A stretch of 62,840 bases of DNA, the filler included, from Stramenopiles sp. TOSAG23-3 (Eukaryota): NCBI GenBank assembly GCA_900128585.1. It is 7 parts of 7 records of this genome, joined end to end, with 100 filler letters (N's around TTAATTAATTAA, not from the genome) between each part and the next. Parts side by side here need not be neighbours in the genome. Positions count along the whole stretch, not along the records: positions 28,605 to 42,779 come from LT642583.1; positions 42,880 to 57,048 come from LT642584.1; 5 more parts are not named here. One strand, 5' to 3'. Within the stretch, counting starts at the first letter, position 1; the number at the start of each line of letters is the position of its first letter. Below, piece after piece: positions 35,101 through 45,800 of this stretch. The translations under genes and the position numbers were made by a program. The notes below the pieces were generated by a model that worked only from the letters and a program-made list of their open reading frames with translations, was not told the origin of the DNA and searched no databases.

Positions 35101-35450
35101 GACTTTAATGTTTCCTCAATTTCGCGAATTGCCTTTGCATGCCTTGCTTCTACCAGCCTAATGGTGAGCATTTCAAGCAGGTGGTACCCGAACAGCTGCC
35201 ATTGGCCTGTGCCGGGATTAATGATTCTCCGTCCACACTCTCTAACTCTTTCGAGCAGCTGTGTCAGCTCGCCTTCCAACAGTCTACGCTCGAGTCTCGA
35301 AATGACTTGGTGCTGGGCCCAGGAGACTACCTTTTGGGCAGGGCTACCTCCGACAATGTCTACTGAAGCCGGGAAAATGGCCCATAAACATTCGATTTTT
35401 CTACGAATTCTCCCGAGTTCTTCTACATACTCCATTGGGTAATCCAACAA
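32160..35450 (-). CDS. Large alpha-helical ARM/HEAT-like repeat protein; start uncertain
   Basis: 1096-aa ORF with recurring ARM-like segments (KFPHNIEIQHYG, NHELVLENACFALWNI, HIKDPGVVRK). First in-frame ATG at 35435. Confidence 0.7.
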   Translation of the reverse strand: MLDYPMEYVEELGRIRRKIECLWAIFPASVDIVGGSPAQKVVSWAQHQVISRLERRLLEGELTQLLERVRECGRRIINPGTGQWQLFGYHLLEMLTIRLVEARHAKAIREIEETLKSFPPWILPNSEQVVRMLPRLLETLDRDSVGAVYCGVALALIHRILDRLCVEEGESATFRAVEKNKPEQIFTAVHSTRMYSVVLKCLQKFPHNIEIQHYGSGIIAFLPNKPTTSLFEAINFLMHLLSTAASKRMNSKRYFCMAAACSLLKTMQRCNVGPIENSTRFKMFQACVMVIKKSLNSKATVYYTVQVMKLVGDVFEHSTPNTRADGFGAFVGAMRVNEKSWRIQTKGWESFATVFGRQAAIEQQHNCNSLVALWKSVLERHGNKRPCVVANVFYALGTFVCTPQSRLHCLKTDNFCQRYIIDTMLHKFSNHELVLENACFALWNIIGVSANPNEPRLQPQPFFDPQRHGENEEYIRTTKLWKEVLGGVLHAVHRIKAKSHAFHCLVVAVQNYSERLHYLGERLCNQMIAIPQTNLNDEGEGFSLQLLKRSQGLKYWSCAMIKTICGTGSSDALRTMCVKANCVDVCMDTLDSVSQRDCKAIPESVIALERLFRCKAARANLCSLGNAHMMQQILRKVTNGVLLSIQSSSQAELVHECIDSYCKLVHMFAVSIVEEMGSLFDKGAWQGHALACFATTGVICTVLSLFRICNTPLDAVLLAMQSLANLQGLDQLLWGYGAAFRLQRLMGSRKMISASTAALSCRCLVALFKVRSFQSKMISANIAKQVQGVINMHINSEYVIYEAIQSLRSLVLVNVNLFMNGSEYATMLDVLKHKSHWRSRKIQMLGADFLACLIHHDNRLVKRLASRNVFFIVLRALNLHIKDPGVVRKHLQCLSALLRYEHTNANVMKRARTKSDLRAVILGYKLSRPTLSSKIFTKFKGVQLVVKVLKRYYGAVGREEIVFLAFKCLKHVLLFQDSCKEKTTIESFATRSLKDPMYNNIGKWKTKIRFEAFCIHAHIALHNDEDKARFFPMGENAPNEKWEGKELQAVYSLYPFLDSSRPANGRHQCTDLDNMRKRAALLRYTLDYYRQDPAAD

Positions 35451-36113
35451 ACGGGGGACGCAACTCTGCCAAACTATAGCGTCGCATTAAAAAGCATCTC
35501 TCAATACAGAGATTTAAACCGAGATTTCTTGCTCCAATTTTTGGTGCGTTGAAAGTTTGAATAAAATTTGTCAAATCACACAGGTTTTTTTTACGAGACC
35601 TCCACACTTTGTATACCAAACTGAGATATCCTCTCTCTCCTTTTAGGTCGTACTTACTCTTTTAAAGTGGATAAACCACTTACATTGATGATACTACACT
35701 TTGGAAGTAGATATTTAATAAGTAAAAATATATATTTTAACTATCTATATATTTTCAATCTACTAGACACTATATATATTATTAAATTATATAAAATATA
35801 AAAATAAAAAATATAATAACTCTAACGGCTTCTTTTTTTTCATCCAACGACGAAGAGAAGAAAAGAAGAGAAAAGAAGAGAGAGAAGGAAGAAAGAAGAA
35901 GAGAAGAAGAGAAGAAAAGAAGAGAAAAGAAGAGAAGAAGAGAAGAAGAAGAAGAACAAGAAGAACAAGAAGAAACTCGTCCCGTACTGTAGTAACGCCA
36001 TCATGCGTGGCCAATTTTTTTAATATAAATTATGATATATTTACTGGTACACATCATCAAGGCAGTCACACTATTCCACATTCCACAAAAACGGTACTAC
36101 GTAGTACAAAAAT

Positions 36114-36515
36114 TCATTTTCTCGGCAGTCCATCGTCAGGAATTGTTTGGTCGACTGCCGCTTCTTTTGTATATATATGCATCGCTGGGGGGGGAAAAGC
36201 CCCTTCTCTTGCCGAGCTGGGAAAAAAACCATATAATTTCATTTGAAACAAGTTCGAACAGACCGGGCAGCCACAGTTTCTACAAAACATTCTTTTGTTG
36301 GTACCCCTTCGGTTGAAGCTTCCTAACGAGCCATCTACTACAGTAAATTCTACTTGTTCGTGTTGGTAGAGGACGCAGTGCGTGTATGGGGAACCATGCG
36401 CTTCTTGACAGTCCCGGCAATGGCAATTTACCGAAACTTTATGTTTTCCAACTATTCTATACTTAACGTTTCCACAGTTACAACTCCCCTTTATCACCGG
36501 GTGGGCTTTGCTCAT
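36114..36515 (-). CDS. GFA/CENP-V (Mss4-like) zinc-binding protein
   Basis: GSCNCG.V.Y, NCHCRDCQ..HG, R.FC..CG, P.MHIY. Confidence 0.9.
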   Translation of the reverse strand: MSKAHPVIKGSCNCGNVKYRIVGKHKVSVNCHCRDCQEAHGSPYTHCVLYQHEQVEFTVVDGSLGSFNRRGTNKRMFCRNCGCPVCSNLFQMKLYGFFPSSAREGAFPPPAMHIYTKEAAVDQTIPDDGLPRK

Positions 36516-37034
36516 TTCCAAGTACTGTACGATATCTTATAAACAATGTATACACGAAGAAGAGAATAGAATCATACAAAACGCCTAAACATTCGGTACA
36601 TCTGAATGTGATAAATCAGTTATTTTCACACAATTACAAGGTATCTTTAATATTTCTTTTTTTCTTTCTCTTGCTTTAATTATCCTTATTCCTAATAATC
36701 AATCAATTGATAAAATCATTTACACGAACTTCAACTTTTCAACTTTCGCTTTTCTCTCTTCTCTCTTCTCTCTTCTCTCTCTTCTCTCTTCTCTAATTAT
36801 TTAAGTATTATTTTAACCGGTCTAATAATAATAAATATTTATCACTCAATATTATACATTATATGACGACTACCGTTCGTACTTCTCTATGAATAATAAA
36901 AATAAAAAACAATTTTAATTGAAAATAAATAATAATAAATTAAAAACCTTATTTAAAATTACAACATATACATAGCATATATAAGAAGTTTTTATTTTGT
37001 TTTGTTTTGTTTTGCCGCGAAGTGACCAAGTCCA

Positions 37035-37115
37035 TTTCTTTCTTTCTTTGTTTGTTTCTTTGTTTCTTTGTTTGTTTCTTTTTTCTTTGTTTCTTTGTTT
37101 GTTTGTTTGTTTGTT

Positions 37116-37163
<48 letters not shown>

Positions 37164-37192
37164 TGTTTCTTTCTTTCTTTGTTTCTTTCTTT
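37035..37192. repeat. (TTTG)n/(TTTC)n microsatellite in divergent intergenic region
   Basis: Seen directly. Confidence 0.9.
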
Positions 37193-37610
37193 CAACTGTG
37201 TCGTTTTTTTAAATTTTAATTAGTAATATAGAAATAGCATCAAGAATTAAAATTTAATTTAAAAATAATAATACGTACTACAGAGTTTACGAGTATCACA
37301 TCCCTTTTTTTTTGGATTGTTGGATTGAGATATATTGTTGATTGAGATAAAATAGAAACAACTATATACGTATACTCCTCGTATATATTTGGATTAAAAA
37401 TAAACGTAAACATAAACTGTTGCAAGAAATTGTTGGACACATTACATTGCAGTTTCGAGAGAATTGGATCGGGCACCGAAACCACTCCCGTTTAATCTTT
37501 ATATTGCAAGTTTGGTTGATTTGTTTAAAATTCAAGCTTCCGCACGTTTGTCTGTTTGTTTCTCCTCCATACGAAAAAGAAAACCCATACCCGTCGCATA
37601 CACTTCACAG

Positions 37611-40304
37611 ATGAGTCGACCAAAACGGAAGCGAAAGCAACCCAACCGGTTTCAAGCCGGACCGGCAAGCAGTAAAGAATTGGGAGACGTCGTTGCTGCG
37701 GCCATTCAAGATCACCCAGGAAATGAAGTGCACAAAAGGCGGAAGAAGGTTGTTCCCAGCAACAAGAACGTTGCCAGACAAACTTCCCGCTCGCCCCGGA
37801 ACGCCAGAGGCAGTAGCTCGTCGAGCGCTGATTCCCCGTCGAAAAAGCGAAACAAATTCACCACCGGGGAGATTCTGGCCATGCTCCGCGCAGCACGGGG
37901 GACAATAATGGAGATGGAGGATACAGCCCTCAACGGCTCACCAACTTTAAATTGGGGCCACATCAACGACCTGCATGGGGGCGACTTTCCTGGGCGCAGC
38001 GTTAGTACGTTGTTGACACGGTATAATTTGATGTACCAGGCCTTTGTCAACGCGGAGGACTTTGGAGGGAACACGCAGTTGGAACTGTGCGACTACATGA
38101 TTCGCCGCTATGAAAAGAAGCTTGATGCAGAGAAGGCGATGCAGAGCCGAGCCGCTAGCAGTCCACAGAAGAGGGCCGCGTTTACCCCGGAAGAGGTCGT
38201 CTGTCTAGCCAACGCCGTCAAGGATACGCCCCTCCTGCCGAACAAGACTATCAATTTCAAGCTTATCTGCGAGCAACATTACGATGAATTTCACCCTATT
38301 AGAACCGCAAGAAGCTTGGGGTACAAGTGGAAATCCTTACGGGAAACATTCGACAAAAATATTGGGGTCATGATGCAGCCAGAGACCGCAAGCGAAAACA
38401 GAATTGCAACGTGCAACGCCGTGGTCGCTGCATACTCCACCATGGAGGTTGTGGAGAAACGCCGGCCGGAGAATCCTCAGGGGAAACGGTACCCTTTTAC
38501 AAGCGATGAGACCGTCGCGCTGGCGCACTGCATTAAGACCAGGGATAAGAGCATTTATCCGGGAACGGATTGGATTAAATTTGCCGATATTCTACACGAG
38601 CATTCGGAGGATTTCCACCCGACGCGCACCGCAAACAGGCTTCGAGACAGGTGGAAGACCCTTACCACAAAGCACCACGACCGTCCAGGTAGCCAGTCCT
38701 CCTCCAAAGCGTTTTGCAATTTTATCATTGCTACGTACAGGATTGGGTCTGGCGGTTCCGGGACTGGCCGCCACATGTCGGGGGAGGCGACCAACATTTT
38801 GTGGACCAGTGGGCAAATGCGAGAGCTGACGGTCCTCTGGGCAAAGTATGGCAGCAATTGGGAAAAGATTCTGAGGAAGGGCAAGTGCTTCCCACCGGGC
38901 CGCACGTGCGCAGATTTAGTGAAGAAGTGGGAAATTTGCCTGCGGTACCCACGGTTTCGGGATAATTTGAAATCGATGACAGTTTCCCAGGGAAGTAGCA
39001 GCTCTGATGAAAGTGAGGCAGAAGAAAGCGAAGGCAAGAGGGTGCCAACTTCCAACCCAGGCAACGGTGGGACAGGACCACGGAACCAGGGTTTGGCAGC
39101 GCGGAGGAGGGCGCCCGTAGAGGACGTGCACAGCAGTTCGGACGAGGAGAGCCCACGCAACCCCGGCGACGAGCCTATCGATTTGGCGGACGGCGACTCG
39201 AATGCAGACCCCGAGAGCGGGGAAAACGCCCCAAACCCCGAAAGCGCTATGCGTGCGGTTCAGCGCCACGGCTTCAAGATGAAGAAAGAAACCGGGTTGG
39301 AGTACTTTCGGAGCAAATCTTACCCTAGTTTCTTGCCTTTCGACGAGCGACTGTCGAGGAGTCGATACCAGGCGAAAGGGGGGTACAGGAAGGAGTACAT
39401 TTACCGGGACGCATTGAGGGGGACGTTCGGGCTTGAGCTTAAAGTTCATAACGGGCGAATTGCTTACAAAAGACTAAATTCGGAAGATGAGGGTGTGCTT
39501 GTCGTTGCCCTGAATGGATTCGTCGTGCGGGAAAATGCCCCGGAAAATTCGGCGCTGGACGACGCGGTTAAAGTGATTACGGACACCCCTGTTGGTCTAC
39601 CTTTGTTTGTTATCACTGCCCCGTTGGATACGGATTTCGACGTGGGAAGCAACAATATTAGCGGCTTTCTCAATATTGCAGACCTTCCGGAAAAGCCGGC
39701 AAAAGCGAAGGAACGATCACGGCAACGGCAGCTGCAATACGATGGGAGCGAGGGCGAGGGCAGCGAGCACGGCAAGGACCAGTCCGTTGCTATAACGCAA
39801 CAAGACGAGATAATTGATGTGGACCAGAGCGCCACGGACGACGATGAGCTGGACCGGACACTTCCAGAGGACCGGAATGTCTACCCAGAATTGGAAGCCA
39901 AATACAATAGGATCAGAGCTGCCAACGTAAAGTCCCAAATAGCAGGAATGACCATGTGCAGCGTGGTAATCGAATGGGCAAAACCGTACTTCAACACCGC
40001 TCCACTGAGAGGGGAGACGATAAAGTTTGACGTTACGTGGGACTGTACTATTCAAGATGTGCTGGACCATATTTCAGGCGACGACTTTTCCGAGTTTCGT
40101 GAAATGCATAGCCCTCTCCGGTTTCGGCAAAATCTCAGCGCCAAGTGGCGTATCTTTACCAAGGCGACAAACGAATATAGCAGGCCAGTACTTCTCAATA
40201 AAACCACTACGTGCGAAGATGCATTTCTGAAATGTTCGCTGGAGAGTGGGGAGACGCTTGAATCATTGCCCTTGGTTGTTCACCCGGAGAAGAGGCGACG
40301 GTAA
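37611..40304 (+). CDS. Nuclear protein with four Myb/SANT (telobox-like) repeats
   Basis: Basic NLS-like N-terminus. Repeats begin FTTGE, FTPEE, FTSDE, WTSGQ and end RSVSTLLTRY, RTARSLGYKWKSL, RTANRLRDRWKTL, RTCADLVKKW. Confidence 0.75.
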   Translation: MSRPKRKRKQPNRFQAGPASSKELGDVVAAAIQDHPGNEVHKRRKKVVPSNKNVARQTSRSPRNARGSSSSSADSPSKKRNKFTTGEILAMLRAARGTIMEMEDTALNGSPTLNWGHINDLHGGDFPGRSVSTLLTRYNLMYQAFVNAEDFGGNTQLELCDYMIRRYEKKLDAEKAMQSRAASSPQKRAAFTPEEVVCLANAVKDTPLLPNKTINFKLICEQHYDEFHPIRTARSLGYKWKSLRETFDKNIGVMMQPETASENRIATCNAVVAAYSTMEVVEKRRPENPQGKRYPFTSDETVALAHCIKTRDKSIYPGTDWIKFADILHEHSEDFHPTRTANRLRDRWKTLTTKHHDRPGSQSSSKAFCNFIIATYRIGSGGSGTGRHMSGEATNILWTSGQMRELTVLWAKYGSNWEKILRKGKCFPPGRTCADLVKKWEICLRYPRFRDNLKSMTVSQGSSSSDESEAEESEGKRVPTSNPGNGGTGPRNQGLAARRRAPVEDVHSSSDEESPRNPGDEPIDLADGDSNADPESGENAPNPESAMRAVQRHGFKMKKETGLEYFRSKSYPSFLPFDERLSRSRYQAKGGYRKEYIYRDALRGTFGLELKVHNGRIAYKRLNSEDEGVLVVALNGFVVRENAPENSALDDAVKVITDTPVGLPLFVITAPLDTDFDVGSNNISGFLNIADLPEKPAKAKERSRQRQLQYDGSEGEGSEHGKDQSVAITQQDEIIDVDQSATDDDELDRTLPEDRNVYPELEAKYNRIRAANVKSQIAGMTMCSVVIEWAKPYFNTAPLRGETIKFDVTWDCTIQDVLDHISGDDFSEFREMHSPLRFRQNLSAKWRIFTKATNEYSRPVLLNKTTTCEDAFLKCSLESGETLESLPLVVHPEKRRR

Positions 40305-40446
40305 CAAAAAACCGTCTCAAATTTGAAATTAGACGACGAAGTGTGAAGTAAAAAACCAAAATGCGTACATAAATATTGTGTGAAAAGTAAAAAGAACGAA
40401 AATCGTTTTACTTTCTTTAAAAACTATATCATATTAATTAACTTAA

Positions 40447-40968
40447 ATAACAGCCAATTTTCTTGTTTAATAACAGCCAATTTTTTGTTTTTAAAAATAT
40501 CAAGAATACCCCAGGGCCATGTACTAAAAAATATAATATTTGAATGATGAATACGAATACGCCCTGAAGTGGAAAATCCATGATACCCTTGGTAGACTTG
40601 GATCTTTAAGAAGATACATTTACGCAGGTTTATGTATACGATTTGAAAGAAATTCATCATTATGATCATCATAATACGTTTTGGGATAGAGCCAGGCATC
40701 TACAAAACAATAATAGCCGCTGTCTCAAAAAACAATTTTATGATAGTTTGAATGATGAATACCAGAAGTCTTATTCTGGAACAAGGAGGAGTTTGGGTTC
40801 TTGAACGGATATATAATCTTGAGAGTCTTAAAACATACTACTATATCATTAGATTTTTATATAATTTGTTTTTTAATAACAGCCAATTTTCTTGTGTTTA
40901 ATATTTGTTTTTTGAGAATAACAGCCAATTTTAAGAATTTATTAAAAAGCAAGAAAATTGGCTGTTAT
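40447..40968. repeat. Densest cluster of the dispersed motif (four forward, one reverse) bracketing a decayed sequence
   Basis: 40447, 40470, 40876 and 40918 forward; 40950-40968 reverse. Confidence 0.9.
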
Positions 40969-41067
40969 TTATTAACCACTGTGCATCATAAAGAATACTT
41001 AGTAAGTTTTATCATATAACTTATCACAATCATAAGTTGCTTATAAGCTGGGAACACGTTTTCCTAT

Positions 41068-42306
41068 TCAGACAACAGCATCCTCCAGTGCCTCGTAGAA
41101 AAGTATGTACCCGACCTGGGAGGCCGCCTTCCTCTTCGCCTTGCTCGTGGCAGGATCTAAGCCGTTACTGTTTGCTTCGCCCGAACCGTAGCACAGTTTA
41201 ACGGCATCTTCGCCGACCGGGTCGACCTCTTCGTCGTCGAACAGGACCCACCGGTTGTTCTTTCTCACCATCGCAACGTAATGCCCATGCATTGAGCCGG
41301 AGCCAATGTGGGCGATGACTGACCTGAGCCTGTACCGGGTAACAATCTCCCCAACTTCTTCCTCGCCCACTTTCGTGCCGTCCTCCCCCCGGCGGCGCCT
41401 CTCGTTTTCGTCAGGGCACCGTAGGTCCATTGTGTCAGGAAACTGCACACGGTGCCGAAGTTTCGTATGGCGCTGCATTTCTTCCAGGAATTTGAAGCGT
41501 TTTAAGTGGACCGCCAATACGTTCGGGGCTTCTACCAAGTGCATCGACCGCTCTGCTTCTTGCAGACTGTTGCAGTGTTCACAAAATGCTTTGTCCCTCC
41601 CTTGCATGTACTCTTTATCCGTCGACCGGAGCAGGCACTCGGAAAGCGTCGAGTCTTCGCTCGTTTCCACACTAACGTCGAGCACTGCCTGGTCATTCGT
41701 GGTGACACACTCACACGTGAGGCACTTCATCTTGCTGCGCACGACCCCGCCGAATATCTCGTCTATCCAAGTCTTATTTATCGAAGAACCCCCCCCCACC
41801 TCCCCCCTGCCCGTCGCGTCGGCCTTTTTCGACCTCTTTCGCGCCTGGGCTTTGTCGTGCTGGACGCACTCGCTAATATCGTTGAGCAGGTAGTTCAAAA
41901 ATTCGTGCGCATCGTGATGGTCGTCGTTGTCGAACATTGCATTTTGCACTCGAAGCTTTTTTGTAAACTTCCTCGGGGAGACGTAGCCCTGGCTTGTCTT
42001 GCACCGGGCAATGGCTTGAAACAGCCCGACCAAATGCACGAGCAACGCGTCTCCCCGCTTTACGCCAGACGGCATCTCCCCTCCCACCTTTGTCTCCGCA
42101 TTGATGACACTCGTATGGTACTCGAACAGCTTTCGCCTGAAAGGCGAACAAAAATACAACGATTGCAGCACCGAGTTCACGTAGCACGTTGTTCCAAAAT
42201 TTTCCAGCCCAGTATAATTATGGCGACCCCCGCCTGCAATTCCACCCCCCGCCTCGTCCTCCTCCTCTATTACTATGGGCAGTTTTGAGGAAGCTGCGCC
42301 ACCCAT
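41068..42306 (-). CDS. Ubiquitin-specific protease, USP12/USP46-like
   Basis: Cys box GLENFGTTCYVNSVLQ, HDAHEFLNYLLN, CLTCE/CEHC, HLKRFK, His box HIGSGSMHGHYV, FDDE, YILFY. MGGAASS N-terminus suggests myristoylation. Confidence 0.93.
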   Translation of the reverse strand: MGGAASSKLPIVIEEEDEAGGGIAGGGRHNYTGLENFGTTCYVNSVLQSLYFCSPFRRKLFEYHTSVINAETKVGGEMPSGVKRGDALLVHLVGLFQAIARCKTSQGYVSPRKFTKKLRVQNAMFDNDDHHDAHEFLNYLLNDISECVQHDKAQARKRSKKADATGRGEVGGGSSINKTWIDEIFGGVVRSKMKCLTCECVTTNDQAVLDVSVETSEDSTLSECLLRSTDKEYMQGRDKAFCEHCNSLQEAERSMHLVEAPNVLAVHLKRFKFLEEMQRHTKLRHRVQFPDTMDLRCPDENERRRRGEDGTKVGEEEVGEIVTRYRLRSVIAHIGSGSMHGHYVAMVRKNNRWVLFDDEEVDPVGEDAVKLCYGSGEANSNGLDPATSKAKRKAASQVGYILFYEALEDAVV

Positions 42307-42611
42307 CCCCTGAAAAACTAACTACCTAACCTATATACCCGAGGAGAGTGCAGACAGTGGGGGAGAGTCCCGTTTCGTTTCAACTAAAATAAAAAACAAT
42401 CGACAGCAGGAACCTCCCTCGGTAAAAATCTCTCCGCTTTAAATTTATTCTTCACAGCACAGATAGGAAATAAAAGAAACAATAGAAAAACCCCCAAAAA
42501 ATCTCGTCACTTTTCTTTTTTTAAGCTTATATTATTATTTTATCACATCTTCTTCTCCTCCTACTGATCATCAACACAGAAAAGCAGCAAAGAAGAAGAA
42601 AAGAAGGATGG

Positions 42612-42779
42612 ATTCTTCTTTCTTCTTTCTTCTTTCTCTCTTCTTCTTTCTCTCTTCTTCTTTCTCTCTTCTTCTTTCTCTCTTCTTCTTCTTCTTTCTC
42701 TCTTCTTCTTCTTCTTCTTTCTTCTTCTTCTTCTTCTTCTTTCTTCTTCTTCTTCTTCTTCTTCTTCTTCTTCTTCTTC
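42612..42779. repeat. (CTT)n microsatellite at contig end
   Basis: Seen directly. Confidence 0.95.
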
Positions 42780-42881
42780 NNNNNNNNNNNNNNNNNNNNN
42801 NNNNNNNNNNNNNNNNNNNNNNNTTAATTAATTAANNNNNNNNNNNNNNNNNNNNNNNNNNNNNNNNNNNNNNNNNNNNTT

Positions 42882-45800
42882 GCCATACCAGAATTTTACG
42901 CAGGGAAGAATATTTTCCTCTCTGGCGCCACCGGTTTTTTAGGAAAGGTGTGTTTGGAAAAAATATTACGATCACTGCCGGATTTAAATACGATATTTTT
43001 GTTCATTAGGCCTTCTCCTGGAAAATCTCCTGCCTTGCGCTTGGTTCAAGAAATACTGGCATCGCCCATATTTGAGCGGCTGCACGGTGAATATGGTGGG
43101 AGAGAAGCCTTCAACCTGTACGCTTCTTCAAAATTAGTAGCCATTGGGGGAGACATGTTGGCCTACGAAAATAAGCTGGGCATTAACGAGCACGATTTCG
43201 ATACCATCGCCAGCCGCGGGGGAGTCGACATCGTGTTCCACTGCGCTGCCACGATTGACTTTACCGAACGAATCGACAGGGCAGTCGCCTTGAATATTTT
43301 AGGGTCGCTTGCACTGATGGAAACCGCGTCGAAAGACTGGGATGTTGGCGTGTTTGTACATATTTCTACCGCGTACGGAAACGCCAACAAACCAAACGGT
43401 TCGACCGTAGAGGAAACGCTGTACCCATTGGAGTTCGATCCATACGCACTTATTCGGTCCGTCTCAGGGAAAAAAACAGAGGCAGAACTAGACAAGATTA
43501 CCATTCGAGCCTTAGGCGCCTACCCGAACACGTATACGTTGACAAAATCGATGGCCGAAATACTGATGACGTTGAAGCGAAAAGAGTTGAACATACCGTT
43601 GCACATTGTTCGGCCGACTATTATTGGAGCGTCGTTCAAAGAACCAGTCCCCGGTTGGATCGATTCGGTTGCAGCGGCGGCAGCCGTCTTTATGGCGGGC
43701 GGGCTGGGGCTCCTCAGCGTCATGCCAGGCAACCCAAGAAGCATCGGGGATATTATACCCGTCGACCACGTTGTGAACCACATGATATGTGCTGCAATGG
43801 AGTCTTTCAACGATACGTCCCGTTGCCAAGTAAGCCATTCCTCCTCGTCAACGTGCAATCCAGCCAATTGGAGGCAGCATATGATGACATTTGACCATTT
43901 TCGAAAATTTCAGTCGCCAAGTGCCATGGCACCATGTACGTTTAGAATGATACGGAGCCCCCAGCAGTTTGAGCTCGAGTGGTTTTTCCGGTACACTCTT
44001 CCCTCAAGCGCGTACCGTACTCTATCAGAAATCGTAGGCGACCCAAAACACATTAAGAACAGCAAAAAATTAGCACGTGGGGTGGAAAGAGCGAGAAAAG
44101 TAAATGTTACGTTTGAAACGTTTACTCGGAACGAATGGTTCTTTAAAAATACCACTGCCATGCGATGGGCAGAGGAGGCGAGGCAAGTCTTTGGGGAAGA
44201 CGCATCTCGGAAAAACCCATTTAATGCCGACCCTTCTGTTATTGCATGGAGGTCATATTTAGAAAATTTTGCCGTAGGCCTCCGCTTGAATGCATTGAAA
44301 GAGGACATTGTGCCCCCAACAGAGCATTCCATTGTACACAACGAAATGAGTTTGACCACGGACCGTTTGGTTCGATGGGATGCTGACCATCATCGAATTT
44401 CATTTCCAGGAATTATGCCCGATATTACATGGGCGTATACCCACAGTCGTCGCCCCGGATACACAAAGAAAGGCTTTTTTGGTCGAGTTTTGGGGTTGAC
44501 GGGATGGTCGGAAGGCATTGCACACGAAGCAAAACACGTGCCTCGAAATATTTTACGTCCCCATGCGGAGTTCTCAAACCTCGTACTCAGCTCAAACCGA
44601 GTCACAAACGCCATCAAGGCAGAATCCGACAGGAAAAATATAGCAGTGGGCGCTTGCAAGGAACGTGCACGGTTAATTATTACTGAAATGGCCGCACAAA
44701 TGGACTTGGGGAAGGCCCGGTACTTGGCGTATGGTTTGCGGAAAATCTGGAGAAGGGTATACGAAGGAATTCGTGTAGACGAGGAAGGCCTTGAGCGTTT
44801 GCGCGCGCTTGCAACGGATCCGAAAGTACCGCTGGTGTTGCTTCCATCCCATCGTAGCTACGTTGACTTTGTTGCACTCTCTTATGTATTTTTTGCCTAC
44901 AACTTGCCCTTACCGCATATTTTGGCCGGCGAAGATTTCCTGGGTCTGGGGCCATTAAGCAAACTGATGCGGTCCGCTGGGGCATTTTTTATCAAACGCA
45001 ATTTTTCAAGCGATCCTTTGTACACATCTGTGTTTGAGAGCTATGTGCAGCACCTTTTGATGGATAATCAATGCCTCGAGTTTTTTCTCGAGGGCACTCG
45101 TAGTAGAACAGGGAAAACGCTTACCCCAAAATTTGGGGCACTAAAGACGTCCATTGAGCCGGCTTTAGATGGTCGCATTGAGGACATCAACTTTGTCCCC
45201 ATTAGTATTGATTTTGAGCGTACCCTTGAAGAGTCCTTGTATTTAGACGAGATGCTTGGAAAACGCAAGCCGGGCGAAACGCTGTCAAATCTTGTCAAGT
45301 CTGCGCCTTTATTGCTGAAGGCAAACTATGGTTACTTGTCGTTGCAATTTGGAGAACCGTTATCGCTTCGAGAGTACCAGAAACAGCATGTTGTGTCGGA
45401 GAGGTCTAGGCGTTTGGCCCGGGGGGACCCAAAGGCTTCGGAATACGACCCTTCCATAAATGCAAAGGACCGGTACACGCTTACAAGCAGCCTTGCCTAT
45501 GAGCTGCTGTCTCGCATCGATGGCGCTTCGGTGGCGATGCCGACGCACATTGCGGCTGCCATACTATTGTACTTCCGTGGAGGTATTAAGATCGGACGAT
45601 TGATCGATGAAATGGACTGGCTGCGGGAAGAAATTCTGCTTCGTGGCGGGCATATTGCACTGGTAGAGGGCGCCCCTAGAAAATATACTGCACAGCGTGC
45701 AATTCGAATGCTGGGACAGCTGGTAATAGAGAGGCGCCATGAGTTCTTTGTTCCAAACACGCAGGAGCCTGGGCTGTATAAGAATTACATTGCCCTAGGT

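Noticed and set aside
40544-40567. Box C/D-like TGATGA...CTGA
   Set aside because: Spacing is too short and there is no terminal stem; better explained as part of the decayed repeat. No tRNA, rRNA or snRNA gene was recognised in the window.
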